Below are positions 7,608-9,618 of a stretch of DNA of 9,618 nucleotides, in pieces. The notes under the pieces are model-generated. The model ran no database searches. It was not told the origin of the DNA and saw nothing but the letters and a program-made list of their open reading frames with translations. The position numbers were made by a program, and so were the translations under genes. Source of the stretch: a virus (lineage: Duplodnaviria; Heunggongvirae; Uroviricota; Caudoviricetes). Location: the IMG/VR virus record IMGVR_UViG_2734482579_000011; one strand, written 5' to 3'. The stretch's first letter is position 1. The number at the start of each line of letters is the position of its first letter.

Positions 7608-8108
7608 ATGAAAAGAAAATCATTGTCAGACACCGACCTCAACGCCGCCAGAAGACTGAAAGAAATCTGGATGGCAAAGAAATCTCAGTTGGGATTGACT
7701 CAGGAACGTGCGGCGGAAATTATGGGGTTTTCAACACAAGGGGCGGTAAGTCACTACCTAAATGGTCAAACCCCACTAAACCTTGAGGCTGTTCTAAAGT
7801 TTGCTGGCTTACTGAAAGTTCCCCCTGAGTCAATCAGGCCAGACATGGTAGATTTGCTGCAAATTGCAAGGATGTATTGTCGAGAACCACAGCAAGATAA
7901 CATAGTCGCATTACCAGCAGACACAGAACAAACAGAGGATGAACTACCGTTTGCCGTAGAGCCGATGGAACGAGATTTAATCCATACGTTCAGAGCTTTT
8001 CCGAAAGAAGATCAAGAACACATGCTTCAGGAGATGAAAGATAAAAAAGAATCAATGGATCGTACGGTTGCGCGGTGGTTAGCTGCACAAAAAGGCCGTC
8101 GCGCCTAA
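7608..8108 (+). CDS. paaR: CI-like HTH repressor without a peptidase domain (166 aa); probable PaaR-type regulator of the downstream toxin-antitoxin pair and candidate prophage immunity repressor
   Basis: HTH segment LGLTQERAAEIMGFSTQGAVSHYLNGQTP; ATG at 7608 (the track ORF starts at a GTG at 7578). First gene of a three-gene plus-strand operon; symbol assigned by recollection of the CP-933P paaR2-paaA2-parE2 locus. Confidence 0.7.
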   Translation: MKRKSLSDTDLNAARRLKEIWMAKKSQLGLTQERAAEIMGFSTQGAVSHYLNGQTPLNLEAVLKFAGLLKVPPESIRPDMVDLLQIARMYCREPQQDNIVALPADTEQTEDELPFAVEPMERDLIHTFRAFPKEDQEHMLQEMKDKKESMDRTVARWLAAQKGRRA

Positions 8109-8127
8109 ATCAGAGGAGATATGTAAA

Positions 8128-8322
8128 ATGAGTACAGTCCTTTCCCCAATGGTTTCAGAATTTGAGACAGTTGAGCAAGAAAATAGTTACAACGAATGGC
8201 TGCGGGCCAAAGTAGCAGCAAGCCTCGCGGATCCCCGCCCGGCGATTCCGCATGATGAGGTAATGGCGGAAATGGAACAAATTATTGCCCAAATTGCTGC
8301 TGCAACTCACAGAGGTGAATAA
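8128..8322 (+). CDS. paaA: Small antitoxin (64 aa) of a ParE-family toxin-antitoxin pair, PaaA-like
   Basis: SD AGGAGA 9 nt upstream; its TAA stop overlaps the toxin ATG (TAATG); 19-bp gap after the repressor gene implies co-transcription. Confidence 0.7.
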   Translation: MSTVLSPMVSEFETVEQENSYNEWLRAKVAASLADPRPAIPHDEVMAEMEQIIAQIAAATHRGE

Positions 8323-8612
8323 TGTTACCCGTTTTATGGCTACCATCTGCTCGTGATGATTTGCGCCAGATCGTAGCCTACATAGCTAAAGAAAATCCCG
8401 CGGCAGCACGCAGAATGAAAATTCGAATTGAAACATCCGTTTTGCCGCTCACAGAGCATCCTTACCTGTATCCTCCAAGCGAGCGAGTTCTTGGTCTTCG
8501 TGAAATTGTAACTCATCCTAACTACATCATCCTTTACCGAGTAACAGCATCAAGCATAGAAGTAGTAAATATTGTGCATTCTCGAAGACAGTATCCAGGC
8601 AAAAACAGTTAA
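8322..8612 (+). CDS. parE: ParE/RelE-superfamily toxin (96 aa)
   Basis: C-terminal signature ...NYIILYRVTASSIEVVNIVHSRRQ typical of ParE/RelE toxins; overlaps the antitoxin stop by 1 nt; an intrinsic terminator follows. Confidence 0.8.
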   Translation: MLPVLWLPSARDDLRQIVAYIAKENPAAARRMKIRIETSVLPLTEHPYLYPPSERVLGLREIVTHPNYIILYRVTASSIEVVNIVHSRRQYPGKNS

Positions 8613-8628
8613 TTATTCCCGCCGACAG

Positions 8629-8654
8629 AACCACCTTAGGGTGGTTTTTTCTTG
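8629..8654 (+). terminator. Rho-independent terminator of the repressor-antitoxin-toxin operon
   Basis: Perfect 7-bp stem AACCACC / GGTGGTT with a TTAG loop, followed by TTTTTTCTT. Confidence 0.8.
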
Positions 8655-8668
8655 CCCCAACAAAAAAC

Positions 8669-8711
8669 AATAGCGATGCTATTTACATCAAAAAAAAATA
8701 ATGATGCTATT
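8669..8711. promoter_or_regulatory. OL-like operator pair carrying the same palindrome consensus as the OR cluster; probable early-left promoter region
   Basis: AATAGCGATGCTATT (8669..8683) and AATAATGATGCTATT (8697..8711), 28 bp centre to centre, matching the OR sites (consensus roughly AATAGY-N3-RCTATT). They sit just after the operon terminator and upstream of the next plus-strand genes. Confidence 0.55.
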
Positions 8712-8892
8712 GTTTCAGGCGTCAACCCACCCCGCCCCACAGAATGCAGGGCAATACTTCGAGTTACCAGACAGTGGTCAGGGGTTAAGTAGCCAGCCCG
8801 AGGCGTAAGAACATGACGGCAGGGTTCAATCTTTAACTATGCAGCAGGTTTTTTGTTCCGCCACCCCGGCGTTAAGGGGAAATGAGGTCAGC

Positions 8893-9045
8893 ATGGATAC
8901 TATCGATCTTGGCAACAACGAATCTCTGGTGTGCGGCGTGTTCCCTAACCAGGATGGAACGTTTACCGCCATGACGTATACCAAAAGCAAAACGTTTAAA
9001 ACCGAATCTGGCGCGCGTTGCTGGTTAGCCAGAAACACTGACTGA
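8893..9045 (+). CDS. Small hypothetical early-left protein (50 aa), possibly of the YdfA/YdaF small-protein type (unverified)
   Basis: ATG at 8893 with GAGG 5 nt upstream; the track ORF's longer form from 8839 has no SD. Confidence 0.45.
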   Translation: MDTIDLGNNESLVCGVFPNQDGTFTAMTYTKSKTFKTESGARCWLARNTD

Positions 9046-9056
9046 TGAGGCTGACG

Positions 9057-9422
9057 ATGGAATTTAAAGATTTACCGTCTGATGTACAGAAAACAGCAGC
9101 TCATACATTGCATTCTGTGCTGCGAGAAATCGGGAAAGATATTGCAAGCGAGCCAGCAAAAGATCTGGCCCGGAAAATCAAGACCGCTTTCGTTGAGCTT
9201 TATAATGTTGGCACTGACTCTGAAACTGTCGAGACCAAGACCGTAAGTTCACCAATATTCTCACTTGAGCCAAGCGTATTATCAGGTGAAATATGCACCG
9301 AGATTTCCAGCGAACTGCTTCCGGTAATACGAGAAGCAATTCGCCGTCGCGGTTTGGATGGAAGTTATGATCATGACGTTCTGCAAGTTCTCAGGACAAT
9401 GGTGACTTCACTGGGGATTTGA
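9057..9422 (+). CDS. Hypothetical early-left protein (121 aa)
   Basis: ATG at 9057 with GAGG 7 nt upstream; the alternative ATG at 9045 overlaps the previous stop but lacks an SD. Confidence 0.55.
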   Translation: MEFKDLPSDVQKTAAHTLHSVLREIGKDIASEPAKDLARKIKTAFVELYNVGTDSETVETKTVSSPIFSLEPSVLSGEICTEISSELLPVIREAIRRRGLDGSYDHDVLQVLRTMVTSLGI

Positions 9423-9554
9423 TCCCTGCGTCCTCTAAGCTTTTGATATAGCGGTCCTCCAAGAAGCGGTAAATTTTGTCGAAATCATCTTTTCCCTCTG
9501 GTTTATTCAGAGGATTACAGGACCCGTAAGTAGCGGCATACATTTCAACCGTTT

Positions 9555-9618
9555 GGTAATGACTCCAACTTATTGATAGTGTTTTATGTTCAGATAATGC
9601 CCGATGACTTTGTCATGC
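9555..9618 (-). mobile_element. IS1 insertion sequence, partial (right terminal inverted repeat and the 3' end of insB; body continues beyond the window end)
   Basis: 9555..9618 is the reverse complement of the IS1 right end GCATGACAAAGTCATCGGGCATTATCTGAACATAAAACACTATCAATAAGTTGGAGTCATTACC. The terminal IR starts at 9555; orientation is the same as the left copy. Confidence 0.92.
9570..9618 (-). CDS. insB: IS1 InsB, C-terminal fragment (stop at 9572..9570, 5' end beyond the window)
   Basis: Minus-strand translation ends ...KVIGHYLNIKHYQ then stop, the known InsB C-terminus. Confidence 0.8.
   Translation of the reverse strand, partial: HDKVIGHYLNIKHYQ

Noticed and set aside
8155-8346. Minus-strand 63-aa ORF antisense to the antitoxin gene
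   Set aside because: Antisense to a well-supported TA operon; no start context.
8826-9038. Minus-strand 70-aa ORF overlapping the small plus-strand gene
   Set aside because: No ribosome-binding site and antisense to an ORF with good start context in an otherwise plus-strand operon.
9411-9425. Short inverted repeat GGGAT-TTG-ATCCC at the stop of the 121-aa gene, considered as a terminator
   Set aside because: Only a 5-bp stem and no following T-tract; insufficient for an intrinsic terminator call.
1-9618. CRISPR arrays, tRNA or rRNA genes
   Set aside because: No regularly spaced direct repeats with unique spacers and no cloverleaf or rRNA-like conserved stretches were seen; the only periodic repeats are the hexamer iterons inside the initiator gene.

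Overview
IS1-bracketed remnant of a lambdoid (Rac/CP-933P-like) enterobacterial prophage, read from sequence alone. Both window edges are IS1 termini in the same orientation (1..90 and 9555..9618). Between them, on the minus strand, lie a YdaS/Cro-like and YdaT-like pair, a replication initiator with internal iteron arrays (3' end lost in a 242-N gap), a DnaC-like helicase loader, three uncharacterised small genes, and an AT-richer type II restriction-modification pair (gamma-class N6-adenine methyltransferase overlapping a putative endonuclease). On the plus strand lie a CI-like HTH repressor co-transcribed with a ParE-family toxin-antitoxin pair (resembling the PaaR-PaaA-ParE three-component module), a clean intrinsic terminator, and two small early-left genes. 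The most notable observations are a 15-bp palindromic operator motif that recurs on both sides of the repressor-TA operon, and ori-like CGTGAC iterons inside the initiator gene. No rRNA, tRNA or CRISPR array was seen. All family names are recalled from motifs, not searched.
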